Source of the DNA: Tubiluchus corallicola
Lineage: Eukaryota > Animalia > Priapulida
Direction of reading: 5' to 3'
Length of the DNA: 64,000 nucleotides
Assembly (NCBI GenBank): GCA_030141605.1
Contig: JAQGDQ010002373.1
Location: forward strand, 405,921 to 469,920
Part shown: positions 56,601-62,288 of the stretch, piece by piece
Numbering within the stretch: the stretch's first letter is position 1
Layout of the letters: every line of letters starts with the position of its first letter
The notes under the pieces: generated by a model
Database searches by the model: none
What the model was told of the DNA's origin: nothing
The model's input: the letters and a program-made list of their open reading frames with translations, nothing else
Made by a program: the position numbers and the translations under genes

Positions 56601-59600
56601 GCTTATATATATATATATATATATATACGCTGCATGTTATGGGAAAGTGTATGTTGTAACAATGAAAACATGCTAACTAAGCACACCTGCCTTTCGTCTA
56701 CATATGCAGTTTTCATCTCTTTCTTCACTAATATCATTCCACATAATGACAATAGAATTTTATCAAGCAGTGCTCTAGAGGCAAAAGTAAAAATGAAAGA
56801 TACAAACCTCAAAGTCTGTCAAAGTTTGATCGACAATTGCATCCTGACACTTCGTAAGAATAATATCCCGCTGCAACACAGGTGACATTGGACGACTAAC
56901 TGCTTCAATAGCCTGCTTCTTAGCAGCCCTGCAAAGATAGGAACACCACCACTTTTCATTCGTTAATAAAACATACTCAGGCTTTCAATAAGACATTTGG
57001 TGACATTTGATTGACCATTTGGTGAGGTGACAAACAAGATATTGTAAATTCTGTAAACAACTATCTGAAACAATAATGTATGCAAATCACCATTTATTTG
57101 GTGCACAATGCATATAGCCAATTTTTTTATATAAGTTGAATGTGACTTTCAAATGATTTTTTACTGAAAGAGTGCAATAGAAACCACAGTCCTAGCAAAG
57201 AATAAGCTGCTTAGTAAATTCAAACATAAACATTCTATGAAATTGAGCGCCTCTGATAACATGTAAATTGCCATTGTTCATTGGTATCTGAAACGGTTTT
57301 TACCTTTTGTTATTATAAGAATTATTTAGATTTGACAAATTCCACATAAAATAAATGATAATATTAATTTCCACAAATTAAGAACCACAAATAGGCTATA
57401 TATTTATGAGTTAAAAGGAAGGAGTTTACAATTCCCCAAACAATTTAAATACCCCAACCCTAACCCTAATCCAACTTAACCATAGCCTTAATCTTTACAC
57501 TCACCTAACCATAACCGCTAACCTAATCCTAACCCCAACCCTAACGCTCACCCTTGTCCTAATAATCTTCACGAATTAATTTCGTGTGTGTGAGGAATTG
57601 TAAAATTTAGCGAATTATAAGGTCTCATGGCACTGTATAGAGAATAACTGAACATAATAAATACAACTCATACTCAAAATTTTGAGGCCAATGAATAAAC
57701 CTCTAACTTATTTTGCATATAATTCATGCCAAACTAAGAAACAACAAATTTACTACATGCCTTTCTGCAGCCATTTTCTTCTTTTTTCGCTTTGCAGCTT
57801 GAAGAGACGGTATTTTTACACTTCTGACCAAACTCGTCCGTTTTCGCAACTCTGCCCCCTTTCTTCGCTGACCCGCTAGTGACTTTAGCTGATATTTTGC
57901 AGCTGCGGGGGTAAAATTGTTTCCTATAGACTCACTAGGAGTCCGGCAGTACCTCTGCTCTTTCCATGGAGCTGCCAGTGTGTATGGAGCTCTAGCTAAA
58001 ATAGGTGGATGTGTCATCTTCGCCTCAATTGTCTGTAAAATGTCATCAAAGATTGATTATTATAATATCTTATAGTATAGCATTATAGTATATTATAGTG
58101 TAGATAATTATTATTGATTAAGTAATGCTAATAAGTATGGGAATAAGTAATGCTACCCCGGTGATTATGACATTTCAAAGTCAACGCTAGCCAAACATTT
58201 CAGGATTTCTGATTTATATTACTCATGCCAGGTAATTCTAGCTATTTAGATTCTAAAATTTTGTTTTTATTAGTTCTGATAGCTGAACCTGAAATTCTAA
58301 AGAGCAATTACTTAATTATTTACAATGCTTTTGGACAATGGGTTTGTACCATCATTAGCAATAACATTGATGCAGAGCTGCCAAGAGTAGAGAACCAACT
58401 GAGTGAGACGTTACAATTCAGTTACAGGGTGTAGGGGTAAATGACCTCACGATAGGAGTACGGGCAGAGCCAGTGTATTTTATAATACTCTTTTGAGTGC
58501 ATGTTGGAAGGTTTAAATGCAAGCTAAATTTAAGTGTTCCCGAATACACTATATTAAGCCTACTTAAATACTGATGAGCTTCTTCAAGTTTAGGTTTCAG
58601 ATGTAACATAATCTAATTAAATATTGTGATTACAATTTGCAGTATCTCATTTTCTCAACTTACTTTTGTCTCAATCCAAGAGCTGCAGCCTAAAAACAGA
58701 TTAAGCCTAATAACTTACCACAAGTTATTACATGTATGAGGCAAATAATAAAAGGAACATAAATTTCTGACTAGAACGTATTAGAATAAAATAAATAACA
58801 ATGCATAATTACCTACTGGTACTTAATTTCTTTCAACTGTTGCTAACTGATCGAGGAAAATATGAAACATTTGCACTAACTTGCTCAACAAAAGAAAATG
58901 GAGATGAATGAAAAGTGGAAGCTTTAGTAACTAAATTTAGTAAACAAATAATTTACATTCTAAGATGAGTTTCAGAAGAAGACGGAGGCAACAAGGATAA
59001 GATCTGTGCTTGATCTAAAATATGCGAGTGTCGCGATTTATTGGTTTTCGGGCTCGAGAAAACAACAAAGCCTAAAATGCGTGACTCTTACACCCAATGC
59101 ATATTAACTATTAAGATTATAAATAATTAATTAGTTGCCCATGGGAATTTCAGGCTCAAAATCAAAATCAAAATTAATCTAATTAGCCAGAATCACTCTA
59201 GTTGGAGTGATCTGACATTGGAAATGCTGAACCGGTCAGCAAGTTACAAGGGATGTACTTTGGACTGTCACAATTGCTGGGGAATAAGACAGTTTAGTGG
59301 TTTATGGCACTTGCCTTGTTAGCAAAGAGTTCATAGTTCAAAACTAGACGGTGTTCCAGATTTTGAAACCACATTTCCGGCTTTACAAATTTCAAACTTC
59401 AATCAATTGTGTGTTTATGCCGTCATTTACAATAGTCTTGAACTATTGATATTATGATCACAAATAAGTAAAATGTCAAGCATTGATTATTCCTTAGATA
59501 TTTATAATGTTAATTGAGATTATTAACAATGATTACATCCAAAATTAGTAAATTTTTGAAATGAAACTTTGTGAATAAGTATAATCAAAGAGACATTGAA

Positions 59601-59815
59601 TTTAAAAAGTTTCAACAAAAGTACATACAGCTCACTCAAAAGTCAAAACAAGTTTAAACCACATAGTAAATATTAATTTTCTAGTCTAAGTCTACCTTGT
59701 ATAATGGTGAAGCTTCGTAAACACAAATACTTGGTTTGGGGATAGGTGGAAGATTTGGAATGCCTGTCAACTGCGTGTTAGGCCTTGGCATACGTGCTTT
59801 TCCGACTGGTGGCAT
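295..59815 (-). CDS. DNAH3: Axonemal inner-arm dynein heavy chain, DNAH3-like; spliced CDS of 47 exons in window, 3'-incomplete (continues past left edge)
   Basis: Exons join in frame (7111 nt). Motifs: AAA1 GPAGTGKT and FDEFNR, AAA2 GETMGGKT and [17 protein letters not shown]3 [35 protein letters not shown]-terminal segments ([46 protein letters not shown]) match my recollection of DNAH3 better than DNAH7/12. Dynein call certain; orthologue call inferred. Confidence 0.9.
1032..1253 (-). CDS. DNAH3: Dynein heavy chain exon 46
   Basis: RSLMFGDY...KLYDEVTD. Confidence 0.93.
2735..3130. mobile_element. Degenerate non-autonomous hAT-type MITE
   Basis: GC-rich GGGCCC subterminal blocks at both ends of an AT-rich core; left end ggccatcttaa is shared with the element at 5943; right end ...gacggctctg. 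Confidence 0.45.
3380..3606 (-). CDS. DNAH3: Dynein heavy chain exon 45
   Basis: [19 protein letters not shown]...[15 protein letters not shown]. Confidence 0.96.
4535..4720 (-). CDS. DNAH3: Dynein heavy chain exon 44
   Basis: [19 protein letters not shown]. Confidence 0.95.
5319..5381 (-). CDS. DNAH3: Dynein heavy chain exon 43
   Basis: [21 protein letters not shown]. Confidence 0.92.
5940..6650 (-). mobile_element. hAT DNA transposon relic with transposase C-terminal (dimerization) fragment
   Basis: Minus strand ~6330-6480 reads [13 protein letters not shown]... and [27 protein letters not shown] (frameshifted), resembling the hAT ERSFSxLKxIKNxLRSTMxQxRLN motif. Confidence 0.7.
6749..6869 (-). 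CDS. DNAH3: Dynein heavy chain exon 42
   Basis: [40 protein letters not shown]. Confidence 0.96.
7600..7983. mobile_element. hAT-like MITE
   Basis: Ends aggctggatta... / ...taatcccgtcctg are roughly inverted; gcccctaggc / gggccctaggc subterminal motifs. Confidence 0.45.
8139..8219 (-). CDS. DNAH3: Dynein heavy chain exon 41
   Basis: [21 protein letters not shown]. Confidence 0.95.
8659..9047. mobile_element. hAT-like MITE, related to the 7600 element
   Basis: ggaccggatt... / ...ttaatccggc termini; ggcccatgggctgcagcc subterminal block resembles the 7600 element. Confidence 0.4.
9130..9290 (-). CDS. DNAH3: Dynein heavy chain exon 40 (AAA3 Walker A)
   Basis: [14 protein letters not shown]...[13 protein letters not shown]. 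Confidence 0.95.
9859..9981 (-). CDS. DNAH3: Dynein heavy chain exon 39
   Basis: [15 protein letters not shown]...WVPW. Confidence 0.92.
11581..11736 (-). CDS. DNAH3: Dynein heavy chain exon 38
   Basis: [34 protein letters not shown]; alternative in-frame acceptor at 11718. Confidence 0.87.
11843..12186. repeat. Foldback (long inverted repeat) element built of caatattgtgacaa-like units
   Basis: Arms ...tgcaaatattgaga...aaatgtggacttcc and ggcaagtccacattt...caatatttgca are approximate reverse complements; internal AATATTGT repeats. Confidence 0.65.
12734..13003 (-). CDS. DNAH3: Dynein heavy chain exon 37
   Basis: [10 protein letters not shown]...[14 protein letters not shown]. Confidence 0.92.
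13754..13885 (-). CDS. DNAH3: Dynein heavy chain exon 36
   Basis: LCLMSGEII...[24 protein letters not shown]. Confidence 0.96.
15019..15149 (-). CDS. DNAH3: Dynein heavy chain exon 35
   Basis: [27 protein letters not shown]. Confidence 0.96.
16017..17004. mobile_element. Tc1/mariner-superfamily (pogo/Tigger-like) MITE, ~1 kb
   Basis: TIRs CAGTAGTCGCTGCTTAATAGACTCA / CAGTAGTCACCGCTTAATAGACTCA (23/25 identical), flanked by TA within a (TA)n run. Confidence 0.8.
17307..17559 (-). CDS. DNAH3: Dynein heavy chain exon 34 (AAA2 Walker A)
   Basis: [16 protein letters not shown]...[24 protein letters not shown]. Confidence 0.95.
17955..18107 (-). CDS. DNAH3: Dynein heavy chain exon 33
   Basis: [15 protein letters not shown]...KIIQ; GAG acceptor. 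Confidence 0.92.
18388..18589 (-). CDS. DNAH3: Dynein heavy chain exon 32
   Basis: [33 protein letters not shown]...NLPKFLAQ. Confidence 0.95.
18845..18936 (-). CDS. DNAH3: Dynein heavy chain exon 31
   Basis: [26 protein letters not shown]. Confidence 0.95.
18957..19032. repeat. Tandem repeat, 25-bp unit (tgggaaaataaacatttgtctgaca) x3
   Basis: Read directly. Confidence 0.9.
19298..19389 (-). CDS. DNAH3: Dynein heavy chain exon 30
   Basis: [19 protein letters not shown]. Confidence 0.96.
19615..19813 (-). CDS. DNAH3: Dynein heavy chain exon 29 (AAA1 Walker B)
   Basis: [11 protein letters not shown]...[17 protein letters not shown]. Confidence 0.96.
19971..20079 (-). CDS. DNAH3: Dynein heavy chain exon 28 (AAA1 Walker A)
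   Basis: [25 protein letters not shown]. Confidence 0.96.
20088..20359. repeat. Minisatellite, 20-bp unit (tacactgctacttttcaacg-like), about 13 copies
   Basis: Read directly; produces the repetitive ORF 19988-20431. Confidence 0.92.
20576..20774 (-). CDS. DNAH3: Dynein heavy chain exon 27
   Basis: ARDVV...[11 protein letters not shown]...[22 protein letters not shown]. Confidence 0.95.
21318..21432 (-). CDS. DNAH3: Dynein heavy chain exon 26
   Basis: [30 protein letters not shown]. Confidence 0.93.
21901..22047 (-). CDS. DNAH3: Dynein heavy chain exon 25
   Basis: [23 protein letters not shown]. Confidence 0.93.
22793..22852 (-). CDS. DNAH3: Dynein heavy chain exon 24
   Basis: [20 protein letters not shown]. 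Confidence 0.92.
23431..23632 (-). CDS. DNAH3: Dynein heavy chain exon 23
   Basis: [33 protein letters not shown]. Confidence 0.95.
25051..25187 (-). CDS. DNAH3: Dynein heavy chain exon 22
   Basis: [23 protein letters not shown]. Confidence 0.93.
25384..25946. mobile_element. hAT-type MITE with 20-bp TIRs
   Basis: TAGGGCTGTAATGATACATC / TAGGCCTGTAATGATACATC (reverse complement of right end); 8-bp TSD not preserved. Confidence 0.7.
26496..26621 (-). CDS. DNAH3: Dynein heavy chain exon 21
   Basis: [28 protein letters not shown]. Confidence 0.93.
27440..27610 (-). CDS. DNAH3: Dynein heavy chain exon 20
   Basis: [35 protein letters not shown]. Confidence 0.93.
28788..28913 (+). repeat. ~125-bp dispersed direct repeat, copy 1
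   Basis: tgatgcaaactg...catttattggtgattagctggcattcttcgggcattga...tttttaatatgcaa, nearly identical to 30700-30826. Confidence 0.85.
29138..29252 (-). CDS. DNAH3: Dynein heavy chain exon 19
   Basis: [25 protein letters not shown]...PYRDT. Confidence 0.92.
29552..29669 (-). CDS. DNAH3: Dynein heavy chain exon 18
   Basis: [15 protein letters not shown] (DHC_N2 region). Confidence 0.92.
30700..30826 (+). repeat. ~125-bp dispersed direct repeat, copy 2
   Basis: Matches 28788-28913. Confidence 0.85.
31108..31293 (-). CDS. DNAH3: Dynein heavy chain exon 17
   Basis: [10 protein letters not shown]...[14 protein letters not shown]. Confidence 0.92.
31960..32191 (-). CDS. DNAH3: Dynein heavy chain exon 16
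   Basis: [16 protein letters not shown]...PYEQLW...WLN. Confidence 0.92.
32545..32665. repeat. Compound (TA)n/(TACA)n microsatellite
   Basis: Read directly. Confidence 0.9.
33128..33318 (-). CDS. DNAH3: Dynein heavy chain exon 15
   Basis: [20 protein letters not shown]. Confidence 0.9.
33806..33896 (-). CDS. DNAH3: Dynein heavy chain exon 14
   Basis: [30 protein letters not shown]; an alternative in-frame acceptor would start the exon at 33872. Confidence 0.8.
34880..35817. mobile_element. Second copy of the same MITE family, opposite orientation
   Basis: 35430-35817 is the approximate reverse complement of 16017-16400 (e.g. ttcgtttctaaaattcattaaa, taagctgatgactca); ends ttaatagactca / gagactattaagcggcg. 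Confidence 0.75.
36433..36972. mobile_element. Third, shorter copy of the same MITE family
   Basis: gtaggtgccgcttaa...cccaattaactga...aatgaattttagaaacga shared with the 16017 copy; right end gagtctatta...tactgta. Confidence 0.65.
37289..37365 (+). mobile_element. tRNA-derived SINE-like head, degenerate
   Basis: A-box-like tgtggtttaatag and B-box-like ggttcaaagtcc at tRNA-like spacing; no intact cloverleaf. Confidence 0.4.
37487..37580 (-). CDS. DNAH3: Dynein heavy chain exon 13
   Basis: [31 protein letters not shown]. Confidence 0.88.
38201..38379 (-). CDS. DNAH3: Dynein heavy chain exon 12
   Basis: [13 protein letters not shown]...VEETRALNR. Confidence 0.88.
38406..38799. repeat. Tandem duplication (2 x ~200 bp) of an interspersed element with a TTAGGG-like core
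   Basis: Units start at 38406 and 38607 and are near-identical; core gggttagggttagg; inverted ends agtttacaa / ttgtaaact. Confidence 0.9.
38970..39075 (-). CDS. DNAH3: Dynein heavy chain exon 11 (GC donor)
   Basis: [24 protein letters not shown]...EFRQ; frame requires the CAG|gcgagt donor. Confidence 0.85.
40640..42900 (-). mobile_element. Heavily degenerate non-LTR retrotransposon (LINE) ORF2 relic
   Basis: Minus-strand RT motifs VRQGT and MLFIDDV (41638-41901); strongly A-rich coding-strand bias; many frameshifts and stops; boundaries approximate. Confidence 0.75.
43375..43762. mobile_element. TTCGAA-rich MITE-like repeat, copy A
   Basis: ggtgagcattctctaccagaa...; reverse-complement copy at 45778-46303. 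Confidence 0.75.
43777..43916 (-). CDS. DNAH3: Dynein heavy chain exon 10
   Basis: [13 protein letters not shown]...FDRNRHGPK. Confidence 0.88.
44153..44332 (-). CDS. DNAH3: Dynein heavy chain exon 9
   Basis: [11 protein letters not shown]...FIPSLDVC...HLPR. Confidence 0.9.
45119..45314 (-). CDS. DNAH3: Dynein heavy chain exon 8
   Basis: [16 protein letters not shown]...[17 protein letters not shown]. Confidence 0.9.
45778..46303. mobile_element. TTCGAA-rich MITE-like repeat, copy B (inverted relative to A, interrupted by a TTAGGG element)
   Basis: ttctggtagagaatgctcacc is the reverse complement of the copy A start; internal segments also match. Confidence 0.75.
45928..46068. mobile_element. 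TTAGGG-core element copy nested in another repeat
   Basis: ggaaggagtttaaaattccccacac...(ccctaa)n...gtggggaattgtaaac. Confidence 0.75.
47450..50430 (-). pseudogene. Intron-containing Dada-like/DUF6729-family transposase pseudogene
   Basis: Colinear fragments: [37 protein letters not shown] (~50190-50310), [17 protein letters not shown] (~49790-49840), [17 protein letters not shown] (~48750-48820), [32 protein letters not shown] (47939-48034), [32 protein letters not shown] (47474-47824). Stops and frameshifts present; C-terminus absent. Confidence 0.75.
50986..51105 (+). repeat. 5' LTR of copia element
   Basis: tgttaattgtatttgatgc...ttatcagttttca; matches 52733-52859. Confidence 0.85.
52733..52859 (+). 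repeat. 3' LTR of copia element
   Basis: tgttaactgtatttgatgc...ttatcagttttca. Confidence 0.85.
53160..53173. promoter_or_regulatory. RFX X-box-like motif GTACCTATAGCAAC
   Basis: Fits the GTHNYY-AT-RRNAAC X-box consensus; function untested. Confidence 0.35.
53609..53734 (-). CDS. DNAH3: Dynein heavy chain exon 7
   Basis: [41 protein letters not shown]; joins in phase 2 to exon 8. Confidence 0.87.
54638..54757 (-). CDS. DNAH3: Dynein heavy chain exon 6
   Basis: [24 protein letters not shown]. Confidence 0.88.
55816..55891 (-). CDS. DNAH3: Dynein heavy chain exon 5
   Basis: [25 protein letters not shown]. Confidence 0.88.
56313..56502 (-). CDS. DNAH3: Dynein heavy chain exon 4
   Basis: [17 protein letters not shown]...YKFSVKKAI; AG/GT boundaries. 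Confidence 0.87.
56808..56928 (-). CDS. DNAH3: Dynein heavy chain exon 3
   Basis: [21 protein letters not shown]...TDFE; ttgcag/gtttgt boundaries. Confidence 0.8.
57417..57610. mobile_element. TTAGGG-core element copy
   Basis: ggaaggagtttacaattcccc...(ccctaa)n...gaggaattgtaaaatttagc. Confidence 0.75.
57761..58032 (-). CDS. DNAH3: Dynein heavy chain exon 2 (probable GC donor)
   Basis: [40 protein letters not shown]...; acceptor ttacag; phase-2 donor AG|gcatgt. Confidence 0.75.
59696..59815 (-). CDS. DNAH3: Dynein heavy chain exon 1 (putative start ATG at 59815; exon acceptor at 59824)
   Basis: [43 protein letters not shown]|gtag donor; resembles the DNAH3 N-terminal LPPLP...LYQ segment. Confidence 0.7.
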
Positions 59816-59923
59816 ATTGACAAACTGCAACTATAAATTTCAGATTTTCAAATGCACAGTACATATACGCTTCATATATATATATATTCATTTTGCTATT
59901 TCTCTACCAGTCCTCTACCCACC

Positions 59924-59955
59924 CCTCTCTCTCTCTCTCTCTCTATCTCTCTCCC
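59924..59955. repeat. (CT)n microsatellite
   Basis: Read directly. Confidence 0.85.
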
Positions 59956-60892
59956 TGTTCCACTTTTGTTCTCTCCCTCTGATCTTTGACATGTGAAGAT
60001 TATTAAAGCATGTTTCCATTAATAATTCCAGAATCTAAAATTAGTTTTGAAAATTTTGAGCTAATATTATGAGCACTCTGCACAGCAGTGGCGTGCAGTC
60101 CATACATGCCATGCAAGCACTGCATGCCTTCTAATTTCCAAAAATTATTACGATGTAAAAAGCACTTGTAAATATTTATAATAATTAACTATTATTGCTA
60201 ATATTTATCATAATAATATTTTGCACCCATATTGTATTATAACGTCGGTAGGCTATAGGTTTTGCGAAACCATTACATTACGCAGCAAAGCAGCTGTAAG
60301 CATTCACGGCATTTTCCAACTCAACGTCTGAAATCAGACTCAATACAATTTCGGACGGGGCGCATGAAGACGTGGCTTAATCGGAAATTGTCCAATCACA
60401 ATTAGCGACAGCATTGTTTTTTCCTAGACCTAGGCCTATCCGCGAGAGAAATGCTGCCGTGTATTCAACTTGGGTTAATGCTGGCCCAGCTATACATGAA
60501 TGTCTATGTGCATCATGTGGTTTGTCTAAGCCATTATTTAACATGTACTGTAGTCGATTTCTATAGATGTTCCAGAGTGCTAAATCATGATTTATAGTTT
60601 AAGTGTTTTACTAATTACTGTACTGTTTAAATGTTTCATTGTGTTAATTTTAGTTTTCAACATGCCAGTATTTTTATTGTTTTAGTATAGCTATCCCATC
60701 ATAGGACTTTAGCGTAGAGTTAATGGAATAGTTGGACTTCAGTATGCAAGATGCGCATGTGTGGTAAGCATTTCCTTTACATCGTTCCTAAATTAATTTA
60801 TTTTTAATTAGCTAGGACGTAAGGGTTGGCTTTACAACAATGTACAGATTTGGTTCAAGCGGCAGACTGCATCATTAAAATTGACTTACACT

Positions 60893-61107
60893 TGTGACGT
60901 GTTCTTATCTATGGTTTATATTTTAATGTTTGTGCTCACTAAGGTTTCCCCTCACTGTTTTCAGCGGGCAAGCCACTAGGCGTTACATTCTCTAGACTTA
61001 TCATGGCAGCAGTCTTTGTGAATAAACAGATTAATAAGCAAGAAACATTTATGTTAAATGTTCTATAAAGTTTCTAACAAAGTTACAAATGTTGCCAAGA
61101 CGTTACA
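60893..61107 (+). repeat. 5' LTR of Ty3/Gypsy element
   Basis: Termini TGTGACGT...ACGTTACA (7/8 inverted match); AATAAA at 61021; followed by TGG-initiated PBS-like tggtagtacgg. Confidence 0.7.
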
Positions 61108-61217
61108 TGGTAGTACGGATGGAAGTTATCAGCGAGTGCTTAACTACGGATACGCTGATAACATCACTTCTTTGAGTAACGCCAAAATTTCTCTCGGGAA
61201 GACTGTGGTAGGATAAA

Positions 61218-62288
61218 ATGGCTGATGGCGAAGGTCATATTCAAGTTACTTCCCCGTATAGTGTTCTACCTGCACCACCTAGACTAGACCTGCATGGAAA
61301 TTTAGCTGTGAAATGGCGAAAATTTCGTCGCATGTGGGACAATTATGAGGTGGCTTTGAAGCTCAATGAAGCAAATTATGCTGTTAGAACAGCCACATTA
61401 TTGACCGTTTTGGGTCCTGAGTGTGTGGAAATTTTTGATGGACTAGAATTTGAAAATGAGGCAGATAAAACAAATGTTGCAATGGTTCTACAAAAATTTG
61501 AAGCATTTTGTGTTGGAGAAACTAATGAAACTTACAAAAGATATTGTTTTAATAAACGCGATCAAAATCCTCGTGAAACAATCGACGCCTATGTCTCATC
61601 TTTGCGCACACTAGCCAAAAGGTGTAATTACGGCAATCTAACTGATAGTCTGATACGGGATCGGATAGTTCTAGGCATAACTGACAATATTACTCGTAAG
61701 CGACTACTGCAAGAGTCAAAACTAACATTGAGTAGCTGCATAACTATTTGTCGCTCGTTTGCTGAGTCTGCAAGTCAACTTAAAAATATAAAGGCTGAAC
61801 AAGCTTCCTACTCTGAACAAGTGCAAGCTGTCAAACCCAAAACTAATAAAGGTAGTGCTAGTAAAGCCACGGGTACTAAGAAAAAGGTGATTGACTGTCA
61901 CTTCTGTGGGCGTAAGCATGAATGGGACAAAAATAAATGTCCTGCTTATGGCAAAACATGTAACATTTGCCATGGAAAAAATCATTTTCAGTCTATGTGC
62001 AAATCTAGAGGTAGAACTGACACTCGTGCAAAATCATTTCCGTCGAGAAGAAGCCAAATTGTCTTTGACATGGCAAACTGTGAGGAACAGTCGAATGAGC
62101 ATGCGATTGGAACTGTAACTCATACTGTTCATGATGCTGAACAGTGTACCACGCAACAGCCTCAGATTTACAGTGAATGGCTTATGGCGGGTACACCTAC
62201 GATTTTTCAGATCGATTGTGGGGCCAGTATAAACATTATACCTGAAAGACTTGTGCCGCATCACTTGTGTGATAAACTTCTACTGTAA
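61218..62288 (+). CDS. gag: Gypsy gag plus N-terminal part of aspartic protease
   Basis: 356 aa; LIRDRIVLGI; double zinc knuckle CHFCGRKH..C / CNICHGKNH..C; protease IDCGAS. Confidence 0.88.
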   Translation: MADGEGHIQVTSPYSVLPAPPRLDLHGNLAVKWRKFRRMWDNYEVALKLNEANYAVRTATLLTVLGPECVEIFDGLEFENEADKTNVAMVLQKFEAFCVGETNETYKRYCFNKRDQNPRETIDAYVSSLRTLAKRCNYGNLTDSLIRDRIVLGITDNITRKRLLQESKLTLSSCITICRSFAESASQLKNIKAEQASYSEQVQAVKPKTNKGSASKATGTKKKVIDCHFCGRKHEWDKNKCPAYGKTCNICHGKNHFQSMCKSRGRTDTRAKSFPSRRSQIVFDMANCEEQSNEHAIGTVTHTVHDAEQCTTQQPQIYSEWLMAGTPTIFQIDCGASINIIPERLVPHHLCDKLLL

